DNA of 64,000 nt from Alphaproteobacteria bacterium (lineage in GTDB: Bacteria > Pseudomonadota > Alphaproteobacteria > ATCC43930 > CGMCC-115725), in contig JAFAYW010000339.1 of assembly GCA_019240125.1 (NCBI GenBank), forward strand, positions 30,607-94,606, written 5' to 3'. Shown one piece after another: positions 38,385-47,095 of this stretch; positions within the stretch are counted from its first letter, which is position 1, and each line of letters starts with the position of its first letter. The notes under the pieces were generated by a model. The model was not told the DNA's origin. It did not search any database and saw only the letters and a list, made by a program, of their open reading frames with translations. The translations under genes were made by a program, and so were the position numbers.

Positions 38385-39720
38385 GTTAATCAAAGCCCCT
38401 CACCCGACGGCCGTTGACGCGGCGGCTCGCTTCTCTCCCGATGGAGGAGGAGGGCAAAAGCGCCTCATCTCTGACGGCTCGGCCCGAGGCATGAATAGCT
38501 CCCTCGCTCCGATCGGGGGAGAGGGTTGCGGTGAGGGGGCGAGCCCTGCGCGCGAACCGCCGGGTCGGCGCACAAAGCCGCCGCTCGGCGTCTACATTCA
38601 CTGGCCGTTTTGCGTCTCGAAATGTCCGTATTGCGACTTCAACAGCCATGTCCGCGAGCGCATCGACGCGGCGCGCTGGACCCGCGCGCTGCTGACCGAT
38701 CTGGAGCGTCAGGCCGAAACCGCGGCCGATCGCGAGGTGGTGTCGATCTTTTTTGGCGGCGGCACGCCGTCGCTGATGCCGCCCGAAACGGTGGCGGCGC
38801 TCATCGCGCGCGTCAGGGAACTGTGGTCGACGGCGCCCGACCTGGAAGTAACGCTTGAGGCCAACCCAAATTCGGCAGATGCAGCGCGGTTCGCAGGTTT
38901 CGCGGCGGCGGGGGTCAATCGACTATCCCTCGGCATACAATCGCTCTACCCCGCAGCATTGCGTTTTCTGGGGCGGGCGCATGACCGGGTTCAGGCCCTC
39001 GACGCGATTGCTGCGGCCAGCAGCACCTTTCCGCGCTATTCGTTCGATCTGATCTACGCGCGGCCGGACCAGGACCTCGATGCGTGGATGAACGAATTGG
39101 ACGAGGCGCTGCGCCTCGCCGGCGAACACCTGTCCCTTTACCAGCTGACAATCGAGGCGAGGACCGGTTTTGGCGCCCGCTACGCTCGTGGCGAACTCAA
39201 GATGCCCGATGAAGATACCGGGGCTGCCTTGTTCGAGGCAACACAGGGGCGGCTGATCGCGGCCGGGTTGCCGGCCTACGAAATCTCCAATCACGCGCGT
39301 CCCGGGGCCGAATGCCGGCACAACCTCGTCTATTGGCGCTACGACGATTACCTCGGCATCGGCCCGGGCGCGCATGGCCGGGTAACGCGGGACGGCGGCA
39401 AGATCGCCACCCGCCAGCGCCGCACCCCCGAAACTTGGCTGTCGCAGATCGAGGCCACCGGTACCGCGCTCGACGAAGCCTTGCCGGTCCCGAGAGAAAA
39501 CGCGATCGAAGAGATGGTGATGATGGGGCTACGCCTGCGCGAGGGCATCTCGCGCGACCGCCTGGAAGGGTTGGCGCAGCAATCGACCGAACGTATGTTC
39601 GCCGCCACCCTCCCACGTCTCATCGAGGGTGGCTTTCTGACGCTCGATGCGGAATGTCTCACCGCTACTCCCGCGGGCCGCCAGCGGCTCAACGCGGTGC
39701 TGTCGGCTCTGCTCATCTAA
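38374..39720 (+). CDS. hemW: Radical SAM heme chaperone HemW (HemN-like, oxygen-independent coproporphyrinogen oxidase family)
   Basis: [21 protein letters not shown] (CxxxCxxC radical SAM), [19 protein letters not shown] and HNLVYW. The start is uncertain: ATG 38374 overlaps the rdgB end and reads through the palindromic element, ATG 38491 lies inside the element, and no start codon lies between the element and the conserved core. Confidence 0.9.
   Translation: MPAELIKAPHPTAVDAAARFSPDGGGGQKRLISDGSARGMNSSLAPIGGEGCGEGASPAREPPGRRTKPPLGVYIHWPFCVSKCPYCDFNSHVRERIDAARWTRALLTDLERQAETAADREVVSIFFGGGTPSLMPPETVAALIARVRELWSTAPDLEVTLEANPNSADAARFAGFAAAGVNRLSLGIQSLYPAALRFLGRAHDRVQALDAIAAASSTFPRYSFDLIYARPDQDLDAWMNELDEALRLAGEHLSLYQLTIEARTGFGARYARGELKMPDEDTGAALFEATQGRLIAAGLPAYEISNHARPGAECRHNLVYWRYDDYLGIGPGAHGRVTRDGGKIATRQRRTPETWLSQIEATGTALDEALPVPRENAIEEMVMMGLRLREGISRDRLEGLAQQSTERMFAATLPRLIEGGFLTLDAECLTATPAGRQRLNAVLSALLI
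38395..38540. repeat. About 146-bp GC-rich palindromic (REP/MITE-like) element at the rdgB-hemW junction
   Basis: Terminal inverted repeats gcccctcacc (38395-38404) and ggtgagggggc (38530-38540). Inner arms cttctctcccgatggaggagg and cctcgctccgatcgggggagagg are also reverse-complementary. It translates to the low-complexity [11 protein letters not shown] typical of such elements. Confidence 0.5.
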
Positions 39721-39738
39721 GCCGGTCCCGTTAAGGCT

Positions 39739-39820
39739 GTCGTCCTCGCGGAAGCAGGGACCAACGGGCAGCCCACGGATTCACTGAACGTTAGGTTCCC
39801 GCTTTCGCGGTAACGACGAC
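39739..39820. repeat. Pair of inverted REP-like GC-rich hairpin repeats between convergent hemW and the ketopantoate-reductase-family gene
   Basis: gtcgtcctcgcggaagcagggacc (39739-39762) is the imperfect reverse complement of ggttcccgctttcgcggtaacgacgac (39794-39820). Each arm holds its own small cgcg-loop-cgcg hairpin. It resembles the cgcgaaagcggga-type REPs of Bradyrhizobiaceae-like genomes. Confidence 0.45.
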
Positions 39821-39839
39821 CTTATGGAATTTGCTCGCT

Positions 39840-40766
39840 TCAGGTGCGGCCGGCGAGGCGGTTTTCGTGAATCTGGAGGGCGGTGTAGGCGGCGCGTAAC
39901 AGCGGCGCTTTTACATCGAGACTTTCGGCTCGGCGGATCATGTCGCCGATTATGGCTTCAGCCTCGGTGCGATTGCCGTGTTCGAGATCATGCCGCATCG
40001 AGGCGCTGTTGACGCTGCCGCGTTCGGTGAGCATCGTTTGCACACGCTCGCGGCTTTGCGGGCGTGGCGAGAAGCCGGCTGCCTCCGCGACGGCCTGGCA
40101 TTCGCCCAGGGCGTCGACGACCAGCCGGGCGCCATCGGTAGTCGCCGCGATCTCGCCGATCGTGCCACGCAGCAGGCAGTTCATGCCCGCCATCGCGGTG
40201 ATCATCACAAACTTCTCCCACATTTCGAGCATGACGTCGTCGCTCGCCGGCGCGCTGACTGGAGTGCTGGCGAATTGCTGTTCGATCGCGTGGGTGCGCT
40301 CACTGACACCGCCATCGAGTTCACCGTGGGTGATCCCGGAGAGGCGGTTGTGGTGCTTGATACTGCCATTCGGCTGCAGGCTGGCGCCGACATAGGCGAC
40401 GCCGCCGAGGATCTTCGCGCGGCCGAACGCAGCGGCCAGTTTGTCGAGATGCACCAGACCGTTGAGCAGCGGCAATACCGCCGTGCTCGGACCGACGCCG
40501 GGGCGGATCGCTTCGATCGCGTCGTCGAGGCCGTAATGTTTCGAGGTCAGGATCACGACATCGTAGGGGCCGCCTACCCGGTCCGCGGTCGCCACCTGCA
40601 CCGGCACCGTGAAGTCGCCGAGTGGGCTTTCCACGGTCAGTCCATGCTCCGTCAACGCATTGCCACGCGGGCCGCGCACCAGAAAAGTCACGTCGCGACC
40701 GGCCTGCGCGAGACGGCCGCCGAAATAGCCGCCTACCGCACCGGCCCCGAGCACGAGAAACCGCAT
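39840..40766 (-). CDS. 2-dehydropantoate 2-reductase (ketopantoate reductase, ApbA/PanE family)
   Basis: MRFLVLGAGAVGGYFGGRLAQAGRDVTFLVR Rossmann start; the family-typical C-terminal helical domain (SMRHDLEHGNRTEAEAIIGDMI). Confidence 0.8.
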   Translation of the reverse strand: MRFLVLGAGAVGGYFGGRLAQAGRDVTFLVRGPRGNALTEHGLTVESPLGDFTVPVQVATADRVGGPYDVVILTSKHYGLDDAIEAIRPGVGPSTAVLPLLNGLVHLDKLAAAFGRAKILGGVAYVGASLQPNGSIKHHNRLSGITHGELDGGVSERTHAIEQQFASTPVSAPASDDVMLEMWEKFVMITAMAGMNCLLRGTIGEIAATTDGARLVVDALGECQAVAEAAGFSPRPQSRERVQTMLTERGSVNSASMRHDLEHGNRTEAEAIIGDMIRRAESLDVKAPLLRAAYTALQIHENRLAGRT

Positions 40767-40787
40767 GTTCTGCCCCTTCCGGAAAAC

Positions 40788-41768
40788 TCAGTTGACGACG
40801 AGTACGATCTTGCCGATGTGCTGGCTGGTCTCCATCAGCCGGTGCGCTTCGACTGCCTCGGCGAGCGGAAAGGTGCGGTCGATCACCGGCCGCACCGTCT
40901 TCGCCTCGATCAGCGGCCACACCCTGTCGCGCAGCGCCTTAGCCATCGCCGCCTTGTCGGCGACCGAGCGCGGCCGCAAGGTCGAGCCGGTAATCGTCTG
41001 GCGCCGCATCATCAGATGCACCAGATCCAGAGTAACCTTGCTGCCCTGCAGGAAGGCGATCTGCACCAGCCGCCCCTCGACCGCGAGCGAGCGCAGGTTT
41101 TTTTCTATGTAGGAGCCGCCGACCATGTCGAGGATGACATCGACGCCCTTGCCCTCCGTCTTGTCCTTGACGACCGCCGCGAAGTCTTCTGCCCTGTAGT
41201 CGATCGCGACATCGGCACCAAGATCGCGGCATACCGCGCATTTCTCGGGGCTGCCGGCGGTTGCGAATACCCGCGCTCCGAACGCCTTGGCAAGCTGGAT
41301 GGCCGTCGTACCGATGCCGCTGGTGCCGCCATGCACCAGAAAACTCTCGCCAGCGGTGAGGCGGCCGCGATCGAAAACATTGGTCCAGACGGTAAAAAAT
41401 GTCTCCGGCAGCGCCGCCGCGTCGACCAGTGACAACCCCTTCGGCAGTGGCAGGCAATGCGAGGCAGGCGCCACCGCATACTCGGCATAGCCACCGCCGG
41501 GGGTCAGGGCACAGAGTTCGTCACCCACGTGCCATCCCGTCGCGCCCTCGCCCAGCGCCGCGACCGTGCCGGAAACCTCCAGACCAAGCACCGGGGAAGC
41601 GCCCGGCGGCGGCGGATAGCTGCCCGAGCGCTGCAACAAATCCGGCCGATTGACCCCGGCCGCCGTGACACGGATCAGCACCTCCCCTGCGCCGGGGGTC
41701 GGCACCGGACCCTCGGTCGCAGCGAGCACCTCGGGACCACCCTTCCCGGTCATATCGATAAAGCGCAT
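40788..41768 (-). CDS. NAD(P)H:quinone oxidoreductase (zinc-independent MDR/Qor, PIG3-like)
   Basis: Internal ATG at 41768 gives MRFIDMTGKGGPEVL...GEVLIRVTAAGVNRPDLLQRSG.YPPPPGASPVLGLEVSG. Nucleotide motif HGGTSGIGTTAIQLAK. Confidence 0.9.
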   Translation of the reverse strand: MRFIDMTGKGGPEVLAATEGPVPTPGAGEVLIRVTAAGVNRPDLLQRSGSYPPPPGASPVLGLEVSGTVAALGEGATGWHVGDELCALTPGGGYAEYAVAPASHCLPLPKGLSLVDAAALPETFFTVWTNVFDRGRLTAGESFLVHGGTSGIGTTAIQLAKAFGARVFATAGSPEKCAVCRDLGADVAIDYRAEDFAAVVKDKTEGKGVDVILDMVGGSYIEKNLRSLAVEGRLVQIAFLQGSKVTLDLVHLMMRRQTITGSTLRPRSVADKAAMAKALRDRVWPLIEAKTVRPVIDRTFPLAEAVEAHRLMETSQHIGKIVLVVN

Positions 41769-41802
41769 CCGCTCTGGCACCAACCCGCTCCCACCAGCCC
41801 CG

Positions 41803-43152
41803 TCAGCGCGAGGCAGTTCGGCCGCTGGCCAAGCCCAAGCCGCGCAAGACGTCAATCGCCTCACTCAGTTGCTCGTCGCTCGGCGTGCCGATATCCTCGG
41901 TGGCAACCGTTGGCTGGTCGCCCTTCGGCGGCGTCGCGGTCACATCCGCCTGCTTCGGCGGTGTTGGGTCCTTCGGCGCCGCGTTTGGCGCCGGCGGCAC
42001 GGCATCGGGGTTTTTCAACGCGCCGCGCAAATCCGCCTCGCGCAGGCGATCGGCCTGGGTGACTTTTTCGAGCTTGAGCGGCGAGACCGTCAGGTCGGGT
42101 TCCAGCCCCTTGCCCTGGATCGTGCGCCCGCTCGGCGTCTGATAGCGAGCGGTGGTCAACCGGATGGCGCCGTTGCCCGGTACCGGGATGATCGTCTCGA
42201 TGCCGCTTTCGCCGAAAGTCTTGCCGCCGAGCAGCACAGCACGGCGATTATCCTGCATGGCGCCGGCCATCAATTCGGCCTCTCGGGCGGTCCCGCCATT
42301 GACCAGAGCGACGATCGGCTGGCCATTGGCGATGTCACCGGGCGTCGCGGCGATCTTCTTCGCGTCCGCCTTGCGGCTCTTGACGACTGCGATATCGCCC
42401 TTGTCGATAAAGTCGTCGGCCGACGCAACCGCGGCGTCGAAATTGCCGCCCGGATTGTTGCGCAGATCGACCACCAGCCCGATCATCTTGCCACCGCTCT
42501 GCTGCCGTAAATCCTTGACGGCGTTGGAGATAGCGTTGGCTGTGGTGTCGTCGAAATCGGCGATGCGGAGATATCCCACATCGCCGCCTTCGAGATGCGA
42601 GGCGACGGATTGGGTCTTGTCGTCCGACCGCTTCAGCTTGACGTCGATCGGGCCAGAGGTGCCGCTGCGGCGCAGTACCAAGGCAACTTCACTGCCGGCA
42701 GGTCCGCGCAGTTTCTGCTCGACCTCCGACAAGGTCATGTCAAAGGTCGGCTGCTTGTCGATGCTGAAAATGCTGTCACCGGGCTTGATGCCGGCACTGG
42801 CCGCCGACGAACCGTCGAGCGGCGACACGACCTTGAATTGGCCGCCATCTGAGGTTGCCACCAAACCGGTCGAAGCCCCCTGATTGGGCGCCTTATTCTG
42901 CATCGCCTTGTAGGCGTCTTCGGTCAGGTATTCGGAATGCGGGTCGAGACTGGTCAACATGCCGGTGATCGCGGTTTCGACCAGCTTATTGTCACCGACC
43001 GGCTCTACCGCATCGTGGCGGATGCGCTCGAAGGCCTCGCCAAAGAGGTTGAGCTGCTCGTAGATACCAGTGTCGCCGCTTTTCGCCTGCGGCAGTGCCG
43101 CGCCGGGCGCCAGCAACGCGACAGCGGCCACCGTCAATGCCCATTTACGCAT
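41803..43152 (-). CDS. ctpA: Carboxy-terminal processing peptidase (S41 family)
   Basis: Signal peptide MRKWALTVAAVALLAPGAALPQA. PDZ region (GIKPGDSIFSID), catalytic region GLVVDLRNNPGGNFDAAV and GGTAREAELMAGAMQD. Confidence 0.93.
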   Translation of the reverse strand: MRKWALTVAAVALLAPGAALPQAKSGDTGIYEQLNLFGEAFERIRHDAVEPVGDNKLVETAITGMLTSLDPHSEYLTEDAYKAMQNKAPNQGASTGLVATSDGGQFKVVSPLDGSSAASAGIKPGDSIFSIDKQPTFDMTLSEVEQKLRGPAGSEVALVLRRSGTSGPIDVKLKRSDDKTQSVASHLEGGDVGYLRIADFDDTTANAISNAVKDLRQQSGGKMIGLVVDLRNNPGGNFDAAVASADDFIDKGDIAVVKSRKADAKKIAATPGDIANGQPIVALVNGGTAREAELMAGAMQDNRRAVLLGGKTFGESGIETIIPVPGNGAIRLTTARYQTPSGRTIQGKGLEPDLTVSPLKLEKVTQADRLREADLRGALKNPDAVPPAPNAAPKDPTPPKQADVTATPPKGDQPTVATEDIGTPSDEQLSEAIDVLRGLGLASGRTASR

Positions 43153-43339
43153 TTACCACCAATCTCCGTGGGGAGCCCCGCAAAGAACTTTGCAGGGCCT
43201 CGGCACACTATCCGAGTTCGCGGCCATTGCAATCCTTCGGGGTGGCGAAAAAATGGCCGTGTTTTCGCCGCGACCGTGCCTTGACATTGCGCGGCCCGCC
43301 CCGTAGCGCTTCGCCGCCTTTTCCCAACCGGTACCCATC

Positions 43340-44755
43340 ATGAGCGATATCAAATACCTCGCCTTTGGCGGCCGCCTGGTCATGGTCGGCTTCGGCAGTA
43401 TCGGCCAGGGAGTGTTGCCGCTGCTGCTGCGGCATATCGACATGCGTCCGGAGCAGATTGTCGTCGTCACTGCCGAATTGCGCGGCGAGGCGGTGGCCTC
43501 AGAGTACGGCGTGCGCTTTGTCGAGACGGCCCTTACCCGCGACAATTATCGCCCCGTACTCGAGCAGTGGCTGGGACGCGGCGACTTCCTCCTCAATGTC
43601 TCGGTTGATGTATCGAGCGTCGCGCTGATCGAACTGTGCCGCGAGCGCGGAGCGCTCTATCTCGACACCTGCATCGAACCCTGGCCGGGCGGCTATACCG
43701 ATCCGAGCCTGCCGCCCGCCGCGCGGTCGAATTATGCGTTGCGCGAAAGCGCTCTGGCCTTGCGCAAAGAGGGTGGGGGCGGCCCCACGGCGGTCATAAC
43801 CCATGGCGCCAACCCGGGCCTTGTCTCGCACTTCGTGAAGCAGGCGCTGGTCGATCTCGCACGCGACGCCCAACCGGGGGCCCCGATCCCCGCCGACCGC
43901 GCCGGATGGGCAGCGCTCGCCGAGCGGCTCGGGGTCAAAGTCATCCACATCGCCGAGCGCGACACCCAGGTCGCGACGATGCCAAAGGAACCCGGCGAGT
44001 TCGTCAACACCTGGTCAATCGACGGGTTCTTCAGTGAGGGCTCGCAACCGGCGGAACTCGGCTGGGGGACCCATGAACGGCAGATTCCGCCTGATGGCCG
44101 CGAACATGATTTCGGCAGCAAGGCCGCCATCTACCTGATGCGACCCGGCGCCAGCACCCGGGTCCGCAGCTGGACGCCGCTCGAGGGCCCCTATCTCGGC
44201 TATCTGATCACGCATGGCGAGTCGATCTCGATCGCCGATTATCTGACCGTACGCCTGGGCGACGCGGCCCGTTACCGGCCGACCTGCCATTACGCCTACC
44301 ATCCGTGCGACGACGCAGTCCTGAGCCTGCATGAACTGGCCGGCAAGAACTGGCAACTGCAATCCCGCAAACGCCTGATGATGGACGAGATCAGCACCGG
44401 TATCGACGAACTCGGCGTGTTGCTGATGGGGCCATCAAAGGGCGTGTACTGGTATGGCTCGCGGCTCGATATCGACGAGGCGCGGCGGGTGGCGCCGCAC
44501 AACAACGCCACCTCGCTGCAGGTCACCGCAGCCGTCCTGGCCGGGGTGATCTGGGCAATCGAGCATCCGGACCGCGGCGTCGTCGAACCCGACGAGCTGG
44601 ATTTCGCGCGCATTCTGGAGATCGCCGGACCCTATCTCGGCGAGGTCGTCGGTGTTTACGGCGACTGGACACCGCTCCACGACCGCGAACGCCTCTTCAC
44701 CGAAGACCTCGACCGCGAGGACCCCTGGCAATTCAAGAACATCCGGGTGGTGTGA
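43340..44755 (+). CDS. hss: Homospermidine synthase
   Basis: GRLVMVGFGSIGQGVLPLLLRHI Rossmann start, about 471 aa, strong resemblance to the bacterial Hss (saccharopine-dehydrogenase-like) family, for example GANPGLVSHFVKQAL, WSIDGF and ITHGESISIADYLT. Confidence 0.9.
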   Translation: MSDIKYLAFGGRLVMVGFGSIGQGVLPLLLRHIDMRPEQIVVVTAELRGEAVASEYGVRFVETALTRDNYRPVLEQWLGRGDFLLNVSVDVSSVALIELCRERGALYLDTCIEPWPGGYTDPSLPPAARSNYALRESALALRKEGGGGPTAVITHGANPGLVSHFVKQALVDLARDAQPGAPIPADRAGWAALAERLGVKVIHIAERDTQVATMPKEPGEFVNTWSIDGFFSEGSQPAELGWGTHERQIPPDGREHDFGSKAAIYLMRPGASTRVRSWTPLEGPYLGYLITHGESISIADYLTVRLGDAARYRPTCHYAYHPCDDAVLSLHELAGKNWQLQSRKRLMMDEISTGIDELGVLLMGPSKGVYWYGSRLDIDEARRVAPHNNATSLQVTAAVLAGVIWAIEHPDRGVVEPDELDFARILEIAGPYLGEVVGVYGDWTPLHDRERLFTEDLDREDPWQFKNIRVV

Positions 44756-44973
44756 GCGACCCTACAGGTTCATGGCCGACGCGCCATCGCCGATTATGGG
44801 CCGCGATGCTGCTGCTCTACGCCGCGATGGGTCTCGCCGACATGGCCCTGCATCTCCGCGATGGGTCTCGATCGGGACTATCCTGGCGGGCGCCGGCGAA
44901 CCTGACTGTGGCATTCTCGGCCGGACTGTTCTGGCCGGCCGATCTGATCTCGCGCATTCTGCTGAGCCGCTGA
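44752..44973 (+). CDS. Small two-TM membrane protein (73 aa), translationally coupled to hss
   Basis: The GTG start (44752) overlaps the hss TGA stop. Hydrophobic segments LWAAMLLLYAAMGLADMAL and LTVAFSAGLFWPADLI. Confidence 0.4.
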   Translation: MSDPTGSWPTRHRRLWAAMLLLYAAMGLADMALHLRDGSRSGLSWRAPANLTVAFSAGLFWPADLISRILLSR

Positions 44974-44988
44974 CCGCCGCTACAGACG

Positions 44989-45189
44989 CTAGATGACACC
45001 GAGCATCGTAGCGACGACCCAGAACAGGGCGAGCGACGCTACCGCGACGATGATCATCAGCAGGCCGCCCAGAACCGAACCGGTATGATAGGCCGCAGAG
45101 CGGGTGAACTCGCCGACATGGTGCATGATCTGGTAGTCGTTGGCCCGTTGCTGTTCCGGGCGTGACGATGGCTGGTTGGTTACCGACAT
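44989..45189 (-). CDS. Small C-terminally anchored membrane protein (66 aa)
   Basis: ATG at 45189-45187 is preceded by a perfect AGGAGG (reverse complement of cctcct at 45195-45200). MSVTNQPSSRPEQQRANDYQIMHHVGEFTRSAAYHTGSVLGGLLMIIVAVASLALFWVVATMLGVI. Confidence 0.55.
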   Translation of the reverse strand: MSVTNQPSSRPEQQRANDYQIMHHVGEFTRSAAYHTGSVLGGLLMIIVAVASLALFWVVATMLGVI

Positions 45190-45222
45190 GCTTCCTCCTG
45201 GCTCGCCCAACAATAGCACCGC

Positions 45223-46614
45223 TCACGGGTTAACGTCTGCGCCATCGCCGGCCGTGCCTGTTCCGACATCGCTCGCGAAGCCGGATCGCAGGTTGGTAGA
45301 CGATGTCGTCGGCGCCGTCCGGCGATCCGGCGACTCCGACCGTCGCGCCGCATCGCCGACCGCGTCACGGATCGATAGCGCAATCTCGCGCGTCTTTGCC
45401 TCGGCCTGCGTCTGGTCCGCCGGAGAGAACGCCTGCAACAGCTCGTCGGCGCGTTGTGCCGCGGGCTGGCTGCCGCGCCGGGCGGCGGCGCGATACCAGG
45501 CGTAGGCATTGGCATTGGAGACTTCGACGCCCTCGCCCCGCTCGTAGAGGATCGCCAGATTAACCATCGCGGCGATGACGCCCTGCAACGCCGCGCGGTC
45601 GTACCACATGGCGGCATCGAAGTAATTGCGCGTGACGCCCTCGCCTTTCGTATAAGCGACGGCAAGGTTGTACTGCGCCAGCGGGTGGTTGCCTTCGGCG
45701 GCGCGGCGGTACCAGTTCACCGCCTGCGTATAATCCAGCGGCACGCCGCGGCCATGTTCATAAAGCACCCCCAGGTCGTACTGAGCCCGCGTCACCCCGG
45801 CATCGGCGGCGGTCTGGAACCACTTGGCCGCGGCCACATAATCGCGCGAGATCCCCTCGCCTTTGGCGTATTGCACAGCAACCGCGAGCTCGGCCTGCGG
45901 ATTGCCAGCGCGGGCGCGCTGCATGAAATAGGCGAAGCGCTCGGACGGATCGGCCGGCGGCTGCATCGGCTCGCCACCAGTGCCGACACGAGCCAGCAGC
46001 GGAACTCGATCGCGCAACGGCGCGAGCCATTGCGGCCGCAACACGACGATGCCGACACCGGTCGCCAGGATGAGCCCAAGCACCGCCAGTACCGCGACCA
46101 GCCGCCGCCGCGTGCGGTGGCCCGCAGCGGGGGTCGGCGCGGCCATTGGTTGCGGCGCCGCTACCGATGCCGGTGCGGGCGTCTCCGCAGGCGCCCGGGA
46201 TCGTGGCGGCGCGGGTGCGGCTGTCGTGAGCGCATCGTGCTCGATGACCGCGGAGGGGCTGATCGGCGCCAGTTGCGACCGCGCAACGGGGCGCAATCTG
46301 ACATCCGGCAGCGGACGCGATTCCCCGACCGCTGCCCGCGCAACCGGGGCCAGAAAGTGCCGCCGCATAGGTCGCTGGGCTATGATGGCCGGCACGGAAG
46401 GTGACTGTGGGGAGGCCGGTGGATCGAACCCGATCGGCTCGACCAGGGGCGGCGGTTCCGCGATCAGCTGACCGGCCGCCGCCACGATAGGCATGCCTGT
46501 TGCCGGCGTGCCGCCCGATACCAATTCCGACGCGCGTCCGGGCGGGATCGCTTCGCCGGCACCAACTGCTTCAGCCATGCCTGTACCATTCCCAGGCCGC
46601 TCGCCGCTTTTCAA
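45223..46614 (-). CDS. Sel1-repeat (TPR-like) membrane-anchored protein
   Basis: Pro/Ala-rich N-terminus and one TM helix (LVAVLAVLGLILATGVGIVVL). These are followed by six or more Sel1 repeats (AQ..L...Y..G.G+..D...A..W+..AA..G...AQ). Confidence 0.8.
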   Translation of the reverse strand: MKSGERPGNGTGMAEAVGAGEAIPPGRASELVSGGTPATGMPIVAAAGQLIAEPPPLVEPIGFDPPASPQSPSVPAIIAQRPMRRHFLAPVARAAVGESRPLPDVRLRPVARSQLAPISPSAVIEHDALTTAAPAPPRSRAPAETPAPASVAAPQPMAAPTPAAGHRTRRRLVAVLAVLGLILATGVGIVVLRPQWLAPLRDRVPLLARVGTGGEPMQPPADPSERFAYFMQRARAGNPQAELAVAVQYAKGEGISRDYVAAAKWFQTAADAGVTRAQYDLGVLYEHGRGVPLDYTQAVNWYRRAAEGNHPLAQYNLAVAYTKGEGVTRNYFDAAMWYDRAALQGVIAAMVNLAILYERGEGVEVSNANAYAWYRAAARRGSQPAAQRADELLQAFSPADQTQAEAKTREIALSIRDAVGDAARRSESPDRRTAPTTSSTNLRSGFASDVGTGTAGDGADVNP

Positions 46615-46711
46615 GCTCGAAAGGCGGATCGGGAGGTACTATATCGCGTTCGTGGAACGGGGCCGCCGCCGGCGCGCCCGACGCGACAATCAAGGCCGGA
46701 GACAAGATCCG

Positions 46712-47095
46712 ATGTCGAGTGAGGACCTGCACGTTCCGCGCGATGTACTGACGCAGGAATCGCGGCTGCTGCATTACGCAATCACATCGTTGAAGGAAGA
46801 GCTGGACGCGGTCGACTGGTACCGCCAGCGCGCCGATGACTGCGAAGATCAGGCATTGCGCGAAATTCTGCTGCACAACATGCGCGAGGAAATGGAACAC
46901 GCCGCGATGGTGCTGGAGTGGATACGCCGGCGTAACAGCGATTTTGCCGGTCACCTGAAAACCTACCTGTTTACCGACGCGCCAATCACCAAGATCGAGA
47001 AGGTCGTGGAGCATGGCGGGGGTGATGATGGTGGTGGCGGCGGCGGGAGCAGCCGGCCCTCGTCGACGATCGGCTCGCTGAAGGGGCGCCGCTAA
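46712..47095 (+). CDS. Encapsulated ferritin-like protein (EncFtn) with C-terminal encapsulin targeting peptide
   Basis: Internal ATG at 46712 with GGAGA upstream. LKEELDAVDWYRQRADDCEDQALREILLHNMREEMEHAAMVLEWIRRRN matches the EncFtn E..H/EExxH di-iron helices. A Gly/Asp linker leads to TIGSLKG, the classic family-1 cargo-loading peptide. The stop overlaps the encapsulin ATG (TAATG). Confidence 0.9.
   Translation: MSSEDLHVPRDVLTQESRLLHYAITSLKEELDAVDWYRQRADDCEDQALREILLHNMREEMEHAAMVLEWIRRRNSDFAGHLKTYLFTDAPITKIEKVVEHGGGDDGGGGGGSSRPSSTIGSLKGRR

Noticed and set aside
39978-41432. 484-aa ORF on the plus strand
   Set aside because: It is antisense to the ketopantoate-reductase-family and quinone-oxidoreductase genes, both of which have clear family motifs. 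The shadow frame is Arg/His/Asp-rich and motif-free.
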